From NCBI RefSeq assembly GCF_036365525.1, contig NC_090399.1, forward strand, positions 42,502,430 to 42,566,429: a stretch of 64,000 nucleotides of DNA, given 5' to 3'. This document shows, in pieces, positions 1 to 14,445 of the stretch; positions within the stretch are counted from its first letter, which is position 1; each line of letters opens with the position of its first letter. A program made the translations under genes and the position numbers. The notes under the pieces are model-generated. The model was not told where the DNA came from, searched no databases, and saw nothing but the letters and a program-made list of their open reading frames with translations. This stretch comes from Heterodontus francisci. Lineage: Eukaryota.

Positions 1-3000
1 ACAGAGAGACACATCAGGATATGAACCCAAAACACCAACACTACAGAGATAAAGACATCAGGACATGAACCCCAAAACACCAACACAAGAGAAACATCAG
101 GACATAAACCACAAAACACCAACCCCACACAGAGAGGCATCAGGACATGAACCCCAAAACACCAACACAAGAGAGACACATCAGGACTTGAACCCCAAAA
201 CACCAACACAAGAGAAACATCAGGACATGAACCCAAAACACCAACCCCACACATCGAGACACATCAGGACATGAACCCCAAAACACCAACACAAGAGAGA
301 CATCAGGACATGAACCCCAAAACACCAACCCCACACAGAGAGACATCAGGACATGAACCCCAAAACACCAACACAAGAGAGACATCAGGACATGAACCCC
401 AAAACACCAACACAAGAGAGACATCAGGACAAGAACCCCAAAACACCAACACAAGAGAGACATCAGGACATGAACCCCAAAACACCAACCCCACCAGAGA
501 GACATCAGGATATGAACCCCAAAACACCAACCCCACGCAGAGAGACATCAGGATATGAACCCCAAAACACCAACACCACTCGGAGACACATCAGGACATG
601 AACCCCAAAACCCAAACCCACAGAAAGACATCTGGACATGAACCCCAAAACACCAACCCCACGCAGAGTCATCAGGACATGAACCCCAAAACACCAACCC
701 CACACAGAGACACATCAGTTCATGAACCCCAAAACACCAACCCCACGGAAAGACATCAGGACGTGAACCCCAAAACACCAACACAAGAGAGACATCAGGA
801 CATGAACCCCAAAACGCCAACCACACACAGAGAGACACATCAGGATATGAACCCAAAACACCAACACTACAGAGATAAAGACATCAGGACATGAACCCCA
901 AAACACCAACACAAGAGAAACATCAGGACATAAACCCCAAAACACCAACCCCACACAGAGAGGCATCAGGACATGAACCCCAAAACACCAACACAAGAGA
1001 GACACATCAGGACTTGAACCCCAAAACACCAACACAAGAGAAACATCAGGACATGAACCCAAAACACCAACCCCACACATCGAGACACATCAGGACATGA
1101 ACCCCAAAACACCAACACAAGAGAGACATCAGGACATGAACCCCAAAACACCAACCCCACACAGAGAGACATCAGGACATGAACCCCAAAACACCAACAC
1201 AAGAGAGACATCAGGACATGAACCCCAAAACACCAACACAAGAGAGACATCAGGACAAGAACCCCAAAACACCAACACAAGAGAGACATCAGGACATGAA
1301 CCCCAAAACACCAACCCCACACAGAGAGACATCAGGACATGAACCCCAAAACACCAACACAAGAGAGACATCAGGACATGAACCCCAAAACACCAACCCC
1401 ACGCAGAGAGGCATCAGGACATGAACCCCAAAACACCAACACAAGAGAGACATCAGGACATGAACCCCAAAACACCAACCCCACACAGAGAGGCATCAGG
1501 ACATGAACCCCAAAACACCAACACAAGAGAGACATCAGGACATGAACCCCAAAACACCAACCCCACACAGAGAGGCATCAGGACATGAACCCCAAAACAC
1601 CAACACAAGAGAGACATCAGGACATGAACCCCAAAACACCAACACAAGAGAGACATCAGGACATGAACCCCAAAACACCAACACAAGAGACACATCAGGA
1701 CATGAATCCCAAAACGCCAACCCCACATATCGAGACACATCAGGACATGAACCCCAAAACACTAACCCCACACAGAGAGACACATCAGGACATGAACCCC
1801 AAAACACCAACCCCACACAGAGAGACATCAGGATATGAACCCCAAAACACCAACCCCACGCAGAGACACATCAGGGCATGAACCCCAAAACACCAACACG
1901 AGAGAGACATCAGGACATGAACCCCAAAACACCTACCCCACCAGAGAGACATCAGGATATGAACCCCAAAACACCAACCCCACAAAGAGAGACACATCAG
2001 GACATGAACCCCAAAACACCAACCCCACCAGAGAGACATCAGGATATGAACCCCAAAACACCAACCCCACGCAGAGAGACATCAGGACGTGAACCCCAAA
2101 ACACCAACATCAAACATCGAGACACATCAGGACATGAACCCCAAAACACCAACCCCACCAGAGAGACATCAGGATATGAACCCCAAAGCACCAACCCCAC
2201 AAAGAGAGACACATCAGGACATGAACCCCAAAACACCAACCCCACCAGAGAGACATCAGGATATGAACCCCAAAACACCAACCCCACCAGAGAGACATCA
2301 GGATATGAACCCCAAAACACCAACCCCACAAAGAGAGACACATCAGGACATGAACCCCAAAACACCAACCCCACCAGAGAAACATCAGGACATGAACCCC
2401 AAAACACCAACCCCACACAGAGAGGCATCAGGACATGAACCCCAAAACACCAACACAAGAGAGACATCAGGACATGAACCCGAAAACACCAACACTGCAC
2501 AGAGACACATCAGGACTTGAACCCCAAAACACCAACACAAAAGAAACATCAGGACATGAACCCAAAACACCAACCGCACACATCAAGACACATCAGGACA
2601 TGAACCCCAAAACACCAACACAAGAGAGACATCAGGACATGAACCCCAAAACACCAACCCCACACAGAGAGACATCAGGACATGAACCCCAAAACACCAA
2701 CACAAGAGAGACATCAGGACATGAACCCCAAAACACCAACACAAGAGAGACATCAGGACATGAACCCCAAAACACCAACACAAGAGAGACATCAGGACAT
2801 GAACCCCAAAACACCAACCCCACACAGAGAGACATCAGGACATGAACCCCAAAACACCAACACAAGAGAGACATCAGGACATGAACCCCAAAACACCAAC
2901 CCCACGCAGAGAGGCATCAGGACATGAACCCCAAAACACCAACACAAGAGAGACATCAGGACATGAACCCCAAAACAACAACCCCACACAGAGAGGCATC

Positions 3001-6000
3001 AGGACATGAACCCCAAAACACCAACACAAGAGAGACATCAGGACATGAACCCCAAAACACCAACCCCACACAGAGAGGCATCAGGACATGAACCCCAAAA
3101 CACCAACACAAGAGAGACATCAGGACATGAACCCCAAAACACCAACACAAGAGAGACATCAGGACATGAACCCCAAAACACCAACCCCACGCAGAGAGGC
3201 ATCAGGACATGAACCCCAAAACACCAACCCCACACATCGAGACACATCAGGACATGAATCCCAAAACGCCAACCCCACATATCGAGACACATCAGGACAT
3301 GAACCCCAAAACACTAACCCCACACAGAGAGACACATCAGGACATGAACCCCAAAACACCAACCCCACACAGAGACACATCAGGGCATGAACCCCAAAAC
3401 ACCAACACGAGAGAGACATCAGGACATGAACCCCAAAACACCTACCCCACCAGAGAGACATCAGGATATGAACCCCAAAACACCAACCCCACAAAGAGAG
3501 ACACATCAGGACATGAACCCCAAAACACCAACCCCACCAGAGAGACATCAGGATATGAACCCCAAAACACCAACCCCACGCAGAGAGACATCAGGATATG
3601 AACCCCAAAACACCAACACCACTCGGAGACACATCAGGACATGAACCCCAAAACCCAAGCCCACAGAAAGACATCTGGACATGAACCCCAAAACACCAAC
3701 CCCACGCAGAGTCATCAGGACATGAACCCCAAAACACCAACCCCACACAGAGACACATCAGTTCATGAACCCCAAAACACCAACCCCACGGAAAGACATC
3801 AGGACGTGAACCCCAAAACACCAACACAAGAGAGACATCAGGACATGAAACCCAAAACGCCAACCACACACAGAGAGACACATCAGGACATGAACCCCAA
3901 AACACAAACACCACACAGAGAGACATCAGGATATGAACCCAAAACACCAACACTACAGAGAGAAAGACATCAGGACATGAACCCCAAAACACCAACACAA
4001 GAGAGACATCAGGACATGAACCCCAAAACACCAACACCGCACAGAGACACATCAGGACTTGAACCCCAAAACACCAACACAAGAGAAACATCAGGACATG
4101 AACCCAAAACACCAACCCCACACATCGAGACACATCAGGACATGAACCCCAAAACACCAACACAAGAGAGACATCAGGACATGAACCCCAAAACACCAAC
4201 CCCACACAGAGAGACATCAGGACATGAACCCCAAAACACCAACACAAGAGAGACATCAGGACATGAACCCCAAAACACCAACATAAGAGAGACATCAGGA
4301 CATGAACCCCAAAACACCAACACAAGAGAGACATCAGGACAAGAACCCCAAAACACCAACACAAGAGAGACATCAGGACATGAACCCCAAAACACCAACC
4401 CCACACAGAGAGACATCAGGACATGAACCCCAAAACACCAACACAAGAGAGACATCAGGACATGAACCCCAAAACACCAACCCCACGCAGAGAGGCATCA
4501 GGACATGAACCCCAAAACACCAACACAAGAGAGACATCAGGACATGAACCCCAAAACACCAACCCCACACAGAGAGGCATCAGGACATGAACCCCAAAAC
4601 ACCAACACAAGAGAGACATCAGGACATGAACCCCAAAACACCAACCCCACACAGAGAGGCATCAGGACATGAACCCCAAAACACCAACACAAGAGAGACA
4701 TCAGGACATGAACCCCAAAACACCAACACAAGAGAGACATCAGGACATGAACCCCAAAACACCAACCCCACACATCGAGACACATCAGGACATGAACCCC
4801 AAAACACCAACCCCACACAGAGACACATCAGGACATGAACCCCAAAACACCAACCCCACACAGAGACACATCAGGACATGAACCCCAAAACACCAACCCC
4901 ACACATCGAGACACATCAGGACATGAACCCCAAAACACCAACCCCGCACAGAGACACATCAGGACATGAACCCCAAAACACCAACCCCACACAGAGACAC
5001 ATCAGGACATGAACCCCAAAACACCAACACCGCACAGAGACACATCAGGACATGAACCCCAAAACACCAACACCGCACAGAGACACATCAGGACATGAAC
5101 CCCAAAACACCAACACAAGAGAGACATCAGGACATGAACCCCAAAACCCCAACCCCACACAGAGAGGCATCAGGACATGAACCCCAAAACACCAACACAA
5201 GAGACACATCAGGACATGAACCCCAAAACACCAACCCCACACAGAGACACATCAGGACATGAACCCCAAAACACCAACACCACACAGAGAGACATCAGGA
5301 TATGAACCCCAAAACACCAACCCCACACAGAGACACATCAGGACATGAACCCCAACACACCAACCCCACAGAGACACATCAGGATATGAACACCAAAACA
5401 CCAACCCCACACAGAGAGACATCAGTACATGAACCCCAAAACACCAACCCCACCCAGAGAGACATCAAGACATGAACCCCAAAACACCAACCCCACACAG
5501 AGACACATGAGGACATGAACCCCAAAACACCAACCCCACACAGAGAGAGACCTCAGGATATGAACCCCAACACACCAACATCGCACAGAGAGACATCAGG
5601 ATATGAACCCCAAAACACCAACCCCACCCAGAGACACATCAGGACATGAACCCCAAAACACCAACCCCACAGAAAAACATCAGGACGTGAACCCCAAATC
5701 ACCAACACCACACAGAGAAACATCAGGACATGAACCCCAAAACACCAACCCCACAGAGAGAAAGACATCAGGACATGAACCCCAAAACACCAACCCCACA
5801 GAAAAACATCAGGACGTGAACCCCAAAACACCAACCCCACAGAGAGAAAGACATCAGGACATGAACCCCAAAACACCAACACCACACATCGAGACACATC
5901 AGGACATGAACCCCAAAACACCAACCCCACAGAGAGACACATCAGGACATGAACCCCAAAACACTAACCCCACACAGAGAGACATCAGGACATGAACCCC

Positions 6001-9000
6001 AAAACACCAACCCCACACAGAGACACACATCAGGACATGAAACCCAAAACACCAACCCCACGGAGAGAGACATCAGGACATGAACCCCAAAACACCAACC
6101 CCACACAGAGAGACATCAGGACATGAACCCCAAAACACCAACCCCACACAGAGAGACATCAGGACATGAACCCCAAAACACCAACCCCACACAGAGAGAC
6201 ATCAGGACATGAACCCCAAAACACTAACCCCACACAGAGAGACATCAGGACATGAACCCCAAAACACTAACCCCACACAGAGAGACATCAGGACATGAAC
6301 CCCAAAACACCAACCCCACACAGAGAGACATCAGGACATGAACCCCAAAACACCAACCCCACACAGAGAGACATCAGGACATGAACCCCAAAACACTAAC
6401 CCCACACAGAGACACACATCAGGACATGAAACCCAAAACACTAACCCCACACAGAGAGACACATCAGGACATGAACCCCTAAACACCAACCCCACAGAGA
6501 GACACATCAGGACATGAACTCCAAAACACCAACCCCACACAGAGAGACATCAGGACATGAACCCCAAAACACCAACCCCACACAGAGAGACATCAGGATA
6601 TGAACCCAAAACACCAAGCCCACACAGAGACACATCAGGACATGAACCCCAAAACACCAACCCCAGATAGACACATCAGGACATGAACCCCAAAACACCA
6701 ACCCCACACAGAGACACATCAGGACATGAACCCCAAAACACCAACCCCACAGAAAAACATCAGGACATGAACCCCAAAACACCAACCCCACAGAGAGACA
6801 CATCAGGACATGAACCCCAAAACACCAACCCCAGATAGACACATCAGGACATGAACCCCAAAACACCAACCCCACAGAAAAACATCAGGACATGAACCCC
6901 AAAACACCAACCCCACAAAGAGAGACACATCAGGACATGAACCCCAAAACACCAACCCCACCAGAGAGACATCAGGATATGAACCTCAAAACACCAACAC
7001 CACTCGGAGACACATCAGGACATGAACCCCAAAACCCAAGCCCACAGAAAGACATCTGGACATGATGCCCAAAACACCAACCCCACGCAGAGTCATCAGG
7101 ACATGAACCCCAAAACACCAACCCCACGGAGAGACATCAGTTCATGAACCCCAAAACACCAACCCCACGGAAAGACATCAGGACATGAACCCCAAAACAC
7201 CAACACAAGAGAGACATCAGGACATGAACCCCAAAACACCAACCCCACACAGAGAGACATCAGGACATGAACCCCAAAACACCAAACCCACACAGAGAGA
7301 GACATCAGGACATGAACCCCAAAACACCAACCCCACACAGAGAAACATCAGGACATGAACCCCAAAACACCAACCCCACACAGAGAGAGACATCAGGACA
7401 TGAACCCCAAAACACCAACCCCACAGAAAGACATCAGGACGTGAACCCCAAAACACCAACATCTCACAGAGAAACATCAGGACGTGAACCCCAAAACACC
7501 AACCCCACACAGAGAAACATCAGGACATGAACCCCAAAACACCAACCCCACACAGAGAAACATCAGGACATGAACCCCAAAACACCAACCCCACACAGAG
7601 AGACATCAGGACATGAACCCCAAAACACCAACCCCACACAGAGAAACATCAGGACATGAACCCCAAAACACCAACCCCACACAGAGAAACATCAGGACAT
7701 GAACCCCAAAACACCAACCCCACACAGAGAGACATCAGGACATGAACCCCAAAACACTAACCCCACACAGAGAGACACATCAGGACGTGAACCCCAAAAC
7801 ACCAACATCACACATCGAGACACATCAGGACATGAACCCCAAAACACCAACCCCACACAGAGAAACATCAGGACATGAACCCCAAAACACCAACCCCACA
7901 CAGAGAAACATCAGGACATGAACCCCAAAACACCAACCCCACACAGAGAAACATCAGGACATGACTCCCAAAACACCAACCCCACACAGAGAAACATCAG
8001 GACATGAACCCCAAAACACCAACCCCACACAGAGAAACATCAGGACATGAACCCCAAAACACCAACCCCACACAGAGAAACATCAGGACATGAACCCCAA
8101 AACACCAACCCCACACAGAGAAACATCAGGACATGAACCCCAAAACACCAACCCCACACAGAGAGACATCAGGACATGAACCCCAAAACACCAACCCCAC
8201 ACATCGAGACACATCAGGACATGAATCCCAAAACGCCAACCCCACATATCGAGACACATCAGGACATGAACCCCAAAACACTAACCCCACACAGAGAGAC
8301 ACATCAGGACATGAACCCCAAAACACCAACCCCACACAGAGAGACATCAGGATATGAACCCCAAAACACCAACCCCACGCAGAGACACATCAGGGCATGA
8401 ACCCCAAAACACCAACACGAGAGAGACATCAGGACATGAACCCCAAAACACCAACCCCACCAGAGAGACATCAGGATATGAACCCCAAAACACCAACCCC
8501 ACAAAGAGAGACACATCAGGACATGAACCCCAAAACACCAACCCCACCAGAGAGACATCAGGATATGAACCCCAAAACACCAACCCCACGCAGAGAGACA
8601 TCAGGATATGAACCCCAAAACACCAACACCACTCGGAGACACATCAGGACATGAACCCCAAAACCCAACCCCACAGAAAGACATCTGGACATGAACCCCA
8701 AAACACCAACCCCACGCAGAGTCATCAGGACATGAACCCCAAAACACCAACCCCACACAGAGACACATCAGTTCATGAACCCCAAAACACCAACCCCACC
8801 AGAGAGACATCAGGATATGAACCCCAAAACACCAACCCCACGCAGAGACACATCAGGACATGAACCCCAAAACACCAACCCCACCAGAGAGACATCAGGA
8901 TATGAACCCCAAAACACCAACACCACTCGGAGACACATCAGGACATGAACCCCAAAACCCAACCCCACAGAAAGACATCTGGACATGAACCCCAAAACAC

Positions 9001-9830
9001 CAACCCCACACAGAGAGACACATCAGGACATGAACCCCAAAACACCAACCCCACACAGAGAGACATCAGGATATGAACCCCAAAACACCAACCCCACGCA
9101 GAGACACATCAGGACATGAACCCCAAAACACCAACACGAGAGAGACATCAGGACATGAACCCCAAAACACCAACCCCACCAGAGAGACATCAGGATATGA
9201 ACCCCAAAACACCAACACCACTCGGAGACACATCAGGACATGAACCCCAAAACCCAACCCCACAGAAAGACATCTGGACATGAACCCCAAAACACCAACC
9301 CCACACAGAGAGACACATCAGGACATGAACCCCAAAACACCAACCCCACAGAAAGACATCAGGACGTGAACCCCAAAACACCAACACCTCACAGAGAGAC
9401 ATCAGGACATGAACCCCAAAACACAAACCCCACACAGAGAGAGACATCAGGACATGAACCCCAAAACACAAACCCCACACAGAGAGAGACATCAGGACAT
9501 GAACGCCAAAACACCAACACCTCACAGAGAGACATCAGGACATGAACCCCAAAACACAAACCCCACACAGAGAGAGACATCAGGACATGAACCCCAAAAC
9601 ACAAACCCCACACAGAGAGAGACATCAGGACATGAACCCCAAAACACCAACACCTCACAGAGAGACATCAGGACATGAACCCCAAAACACCAAACCCACA
9701 CATAGAGAAAGACATCAAGACATGAAACCCAAAACACCAACCCCACACACACACACAGATATCAGGACATGAACCCCAAAATACCAACCCCAGAGAGAGA
9801 CAGCAGTACATGAACCCCCAAAAAAAGAAC
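1..9830. repeat. Satellite array, ~39-45 bp units (core CATCAGGACATGAACCCCAAAACACCAAC plus a variable 10-16 bp tail), running off the window start
   Basis: About 200+ tandem copies directly visible. All ORFs in 65-9877 are translations of the repeat. Higher-order block repeats are present (ORF 65..274 recurs at 891..1100, 826 bp apart). Confidence 0.98.
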
Positions 9831-10199
9831 CAAACAGAGAGAAAGAGGCACTGATATCCCACAACCTCCCTTCCCAACCCCTGACAATGCTCTAAAAGCC
9901 TGTGATCTCCCAGATCTCACACTGAATTCCAATCAGGGACTCTGTGAACTCATGTCTCACCCGTTCTTCCTCCAGTCCCCCCACAATCTAACCCGATTTG
10001 TTACCTGGAACTTGCTGCACTCACCTTTCATTACATTAAAGGCGCTATATAAATATAAGTTGTTGTTGTAATCTGTGCGCCCTGCTCCTGTAGCACCATC
10101 TACTGTACGGTGAGGTCTCTGGAGCTCCTCAGAGCTCAACATTTGAGTGTGGACTGTTAACACTGTGTGAGGTGGGGGAGCTCCTGAATTTAACCCAGA

Positions 10200-11100
10200 G
10201 CATTTTATATCGAAGTTTGCTGTCGACACGAAGTTGGGTAACTCAGTAAATTGTGTAGACAGGAGACAGGAAGTTACAAAGAGACACTGACAGATTAAAT
10301 GAGCGGGCAAAACTAGGGCAGATGGAGTTCACTGTGGGAAATATGAGATCATCCACTTTGGGTCTAAGAAAGATAAATGGGTATATTTTCCATCCGGTGG
10401 GAAACTTGAACCTGGGGAGAGCAAATGGAGAAATCATTACAGACCAGTGGACAGGGACAATAAGGATTTGGAAGGCTGGCCTTTATCTCGGGGGGACTGC
10501 AATACAAAGGGGTGGAAGTTATGTTCCAGTTTATATAAAGCTCTGGTCAGACTCCATTTGGAGTAACTGTGTTCAGTTCTGGGCCCCGGACCTCAGGAAG
10601 GATAGAATGGCCTTGGGGAGAGAGCAACACAGATTCACCAGAATGATCCTGGGGTTTAGAGGGTTAAATTATGAGGACATGTTGTTTAGACTCAGCTTGT
10701 ATTCTCTCCATTATGGAAGATTGAAGGTGATGTGATCGAGGTGTTTAAAATGTTACAAGGATTTGATAGAATCAATATGAAGAAACGATTTCCCCGAGTG
10801 GGAGAATCAAGAACGAGGAGACATAATCTTAAAATTAGAGCCAGACTGTTCTGGAGTGAAATCAGGAAGCACTTCTTCACACAAAGAGCAGTGGAAACCT
10901 GGAACTCTCTCCCCCAAAAGTCTGTGGATACAGGGGATCAATTGCAGCTTTCAGAGCTGAGATAGACTTTTGTTGGGTCAGTGTCTCGACGGAGATTGAG
11001 CAAACGTAGGAAAATGGAGTTGAGACATAGATCAACCATGATCTAATTGAATAGTGGAACAGGCTCAAGGGGCTGAATACCCTACCCCTGTTCTTATGTT
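10200..11100 (+). mobile_element. CR1 LINE 3' fragment (decayed RT end and 3' UTR)
   Basis: CR1 peptides CVQFWAPDLRKD and MIEVFKMLQGFDR..FPRVGESRTRRHNLKI..FFTQR; 3' tail CCTGTTCTTATGTT. Confidence 0.9.
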
Positions 11101-11249
11101 CCTCTCTCTCCATCCCCATATCCCTGTCCCTCAGTCCACTGCCCACACCCTGCTCCCACCATGGTCTCTCCTTCTCCAGCCCCAGTACCGAGCCTGCTAC
11201 CATCTCCCTCAGACTCCATTATCCACTGAGCAAGGGGAAATGCTCCAGT

Positions 11250-13520
11250 AAAAAGAGAAAATGCTGGAAATACTCAGGTCAGGTAATATCTGTGGAGAAA
11301 GAAAGAGAGTTAACGTTTCCGGTTGATGACATTTGATCAGAACTGGGAAAAGTTATAAATGTCATTAAGGTTTTAAGCAAGTGAACAGGGGGAGGGTGGG
11401 AAAAGAATAACAGGGAAGATGGAAGGCAGGGGAGATTAAATCACGAAAGGGTTGATGGTGGAAGGCCAAAGGGAGTGGTAATAGGACAAGTAAAGAAACA
11501 AAAGAGGAGTCTAGAGGTGTAAATGACGGAATCATGAACAGCTGCTTCCGAAACCAAAAACAATCGAAAAACGAGTTAAAATCAAAAGCTGCAAAAAAAA
11601 GGGAAACAAAAAAGGGGCCAGAGATGACAATCTGAAATTGTTGAACTCAATGTTGAGTTCGAAAGACTGTAAAGTGCCTCATTGAAACATGAGGTTCAGT
11701 TCCTCGAGCTTAAATTGAGCTTCATTGGAACAGGAGGCCGAGGACAGAGAGGTCAGAGTGGGAGCAAAGCGTAAAGTTACAATGGAAGGCCACCGGAAGC
11801 TGGGAAATTGCAGATTGAACAGAGGTGTTGCGCAAAGCAATCACCCAATCTGTATTTTATCTCCCAAATGTAGAGCAGACTGCATCATGAGCAGTGAATA
11901 CAGGAGACTAAATTGAAAGTACATGTAAATTGCTGTTTTACCTGGAAGGAATGTTTGTGGCCTTGGACAGTGAGAAGAGAGCAGGTAAAAGGGCAGGTGT
12001 TGCATCTCATGCGCTTGCAATGGAAAGGGGCTGTGGAAAGGGGAGAGGCTGTTGGGGGTGATTGAGAAGTGGACCAGGGTGTCGTAGAGGGAAATGTCCC
12101 TTTGGAATGTTGAAATGGGAGGGGGAAGATGTGTTTGGTGGTCGTATCACGCTGGAGGTGGTTCAAATGGCCAAGGATGAATACGGAGGCTGGTGGGGTG
12201 GAAGGTGGGGACAAGAGGAACCTCATCATGGTTCTGGGAGGGAGGGGAAGGGGTGAAGGCAGATGTGCGGGAAATGGGACGGACATGATCAAGAGCCCCC
12301 TTGAACTATGGTGGGGGGACTCCTTCGTTGAGGAGAAAGGAAGACATATCGGAAGCACTGGTATGAAAGGGTGCATCGTCAGAACAGATATGATGGAGAT
12401 GGAGAAACTGGGAGAATAGACTGGAGTCCTTACAGGAAGCAGAGTGTGAGGAAGAGTAGTCGAGTTAGCTGAAAGAATCAGTGGGCTTATAGTGAATATA
12501 AGCTGATTGTCTCCATTCCTGGATGTAGGCTGAGAGGTCAAGGAAGAGAAGGGAAGAGTTGGAGATGCAACATGTGAAGGTGAGTGAAAGGTGGAAATTG
12601 GAAACTGATGCAATTTTCCAGATCAGTGTGATATCAGAAAATGGCACCAATACACTTTGTTTCCAATTTCCACTGAGGAAAGGTCACAGACCTGAAATGT
12701 TAACTCAGTTTCTCTCTCCACAGATGCTGCCCGACCAGCTGTGTATTTCCAGAACTGTTTTAATTTCAGGTTTCCAGCATCTGCATTATCTTTTATTTTA
12801 TTTCAGTGATTTACTTGTACCTCTTTCAATCAAGTATATTATATTCACTGCTCACAATGCGATCTCCTCTGCATTGTGGAGAAAGCAGATTGGGTGACCG
12901 CTTTGTGAAACACCTCCATTCAGTCCACAAGAGTGACCCAAGCTTCTCGTTCCCTGTTATTTTAATTCTCCACCTTGCTCTCACTCTGACATCTCTGTCC
13001 TCAGCCTCATACACTGTTTCAATGAAGCTCGAGGAACAGAACCTCATCTTTCAATGAGGCAGTTTACAGCTTCCAGAATCATTGAGTTCAACTATTTCAG
13101 AATGTAATCCCTTCCTCCATTTTGTTTCCTACTTCTTTGCGGATTTCAGTTTTACTTTTGTTTTTATTCCTTTTCTTTGCTTTAGAAGGGCAGGTTTTCA
13201 TGATTCTGCCAATCACACCTCCTCTTTACTTGTGCCATTACCACTCCCTTTGGCCTTGCAGCAACAACTCTTTTTTTTTCCCATTTAACCCCTTCTCCCG
13301 TTCACCCGATACAGACCTTCCCTTTTGTTCTTTTTCCAACCTTCCCCCTTTCACCTCTTTAAACCTGATTGCATTTCTAACTTTTCCCGGTTCTGACAAA
13401 AGGTCATCGACCTGAAACGTTAACACTTTCTCCACAGATGGTGCCAGAACTGCTGAGTATTTCCAGAATTTTCTATTTTTATTCAGATTTCCAGCAACCA
13501 CAGTATTTTGCTTTTGTGCT
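11250..13520. mobile_element. Penelope-like element remnant with inverted arrangement (minus part 11250-12610, plus part 12670-13520)
   Basis: Minus ORF ends CKRMRCNTCPF..FQVKQQFTCTFNLVSCIHCS, the Cys-rich linker and start of the GIY-YIG nuclease. Plus strand has GESRLGDRFVKHL. The same terminal repeat occurs at ~11255-11345 (-), 12670-12800 (+) and 13390-13515 (+). Confidence 0.85.
13390..13428 (+). ncRNA. Minimal type I hammerhead ribozyme motif (Penelope-associated, core mutated)
   Basis: GTT-CTGACAA-A-AGGTC atc GACCT-GAAA-CGTT-AAC: core, stem II, palindromic stem III and GTT/AAC stem I. Confidence 0.55.
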
Positions 13521-13521
13521 G

Positions 13522-14445
13522 AGGCCCCAGTACCCAGTCTAGCACAGCCCCGATCACACCCCATTACTCACTGATCGAGGGTTAATGCCCCAGTACCCAG
13601 CCTGGCACTGTCCCTCTCACACCCATTACTCACTGACCGAAGGTTAATGCCCCAGTACCCAGCCTGGCACTGTCCCTCTCACACCCATTACTCACTGACC
13701 GAGGGTTAATGCCCCAGTACCCAGCCTGGCACTGTCCCTCTCACACCCATTACTCACTGACCGAGGGTTAATGCCCCAGTACCCAGCCTGGCACTGTCCC
13801 TTTCACACCCCATTACTCACTGACCGAGAGTTAATGGCCCAGTACCCAGTCTGGCACTGTCCCTCTCACAACCCATTACTCACTGACCGAGGGTTAATGG
13901 CCCAGTACCCAGTCTGGCACTGTCCCTCTCACACCCCATTACTCACTGACCGAGGGTTAATGCCCCAGTACCCAGTCTGGCACTGTCCCTCTCACAACCC
14001 ATTACTCACTGACCGAGGGTTAATGGCCCAGTACCCAGTCTGGCACTGTCCCTCTCACAACCCATTACTCACTGACCGAGGGTTAATGGCCCAGTACCCA
14101 GTCTGGCACTGTCCCTTTCACACCCCATTACTCACTGACCGAAGGTAAATGCCCCAGTACCCAGTCTAGCACTGTCCCTCTCACAACCCATTACTCACTG
14201 ATCGAGGGTTAATGCCCCAGTACCCAGTCTGGCACTGTCCCTCTCACACCCCATTACTCACTGACCGAGGATTAATGCCCCAGTACCCAGCCTGGCACTG
14301 TCCCTCTCACAACTCATTACTCCCTGATCGAGGGTTAATGCCCCAGTACCCAGTCTGGAACTGTCCCTCTCACACCCCATTACTCACTGACCGAGGATTA
14401 ATGCCCCAGTACCCAGTCTAGCACTGTCCCTCTCACACCCCATTA
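13522..14445. repeat. 63-bp minisatellite, left half
   Basis: Unit GAGGGTTAATGCCCCAGTACCCAGTCTGGCACTGTCCCTCTCACACCCCATTACTCACTGACC; 21-aa periodic ORFs. Confidence 0.97.

Noticed and set aside
1-9830. CRISPR-like look (constant ~29-bp repeat with variable spacers) and many ORFs
   Set aside because: The spacers are only 10-16 bp, related to each other and reused. There are no cas genes and the context is vertebrate. The ORFs are repeat translations.
13771-14421. Cys/His periodic ORFs resembling zinc fingers
   Set aside because: They arise from the 63-bp unit being a multiple of 3; no valid finger spacing.
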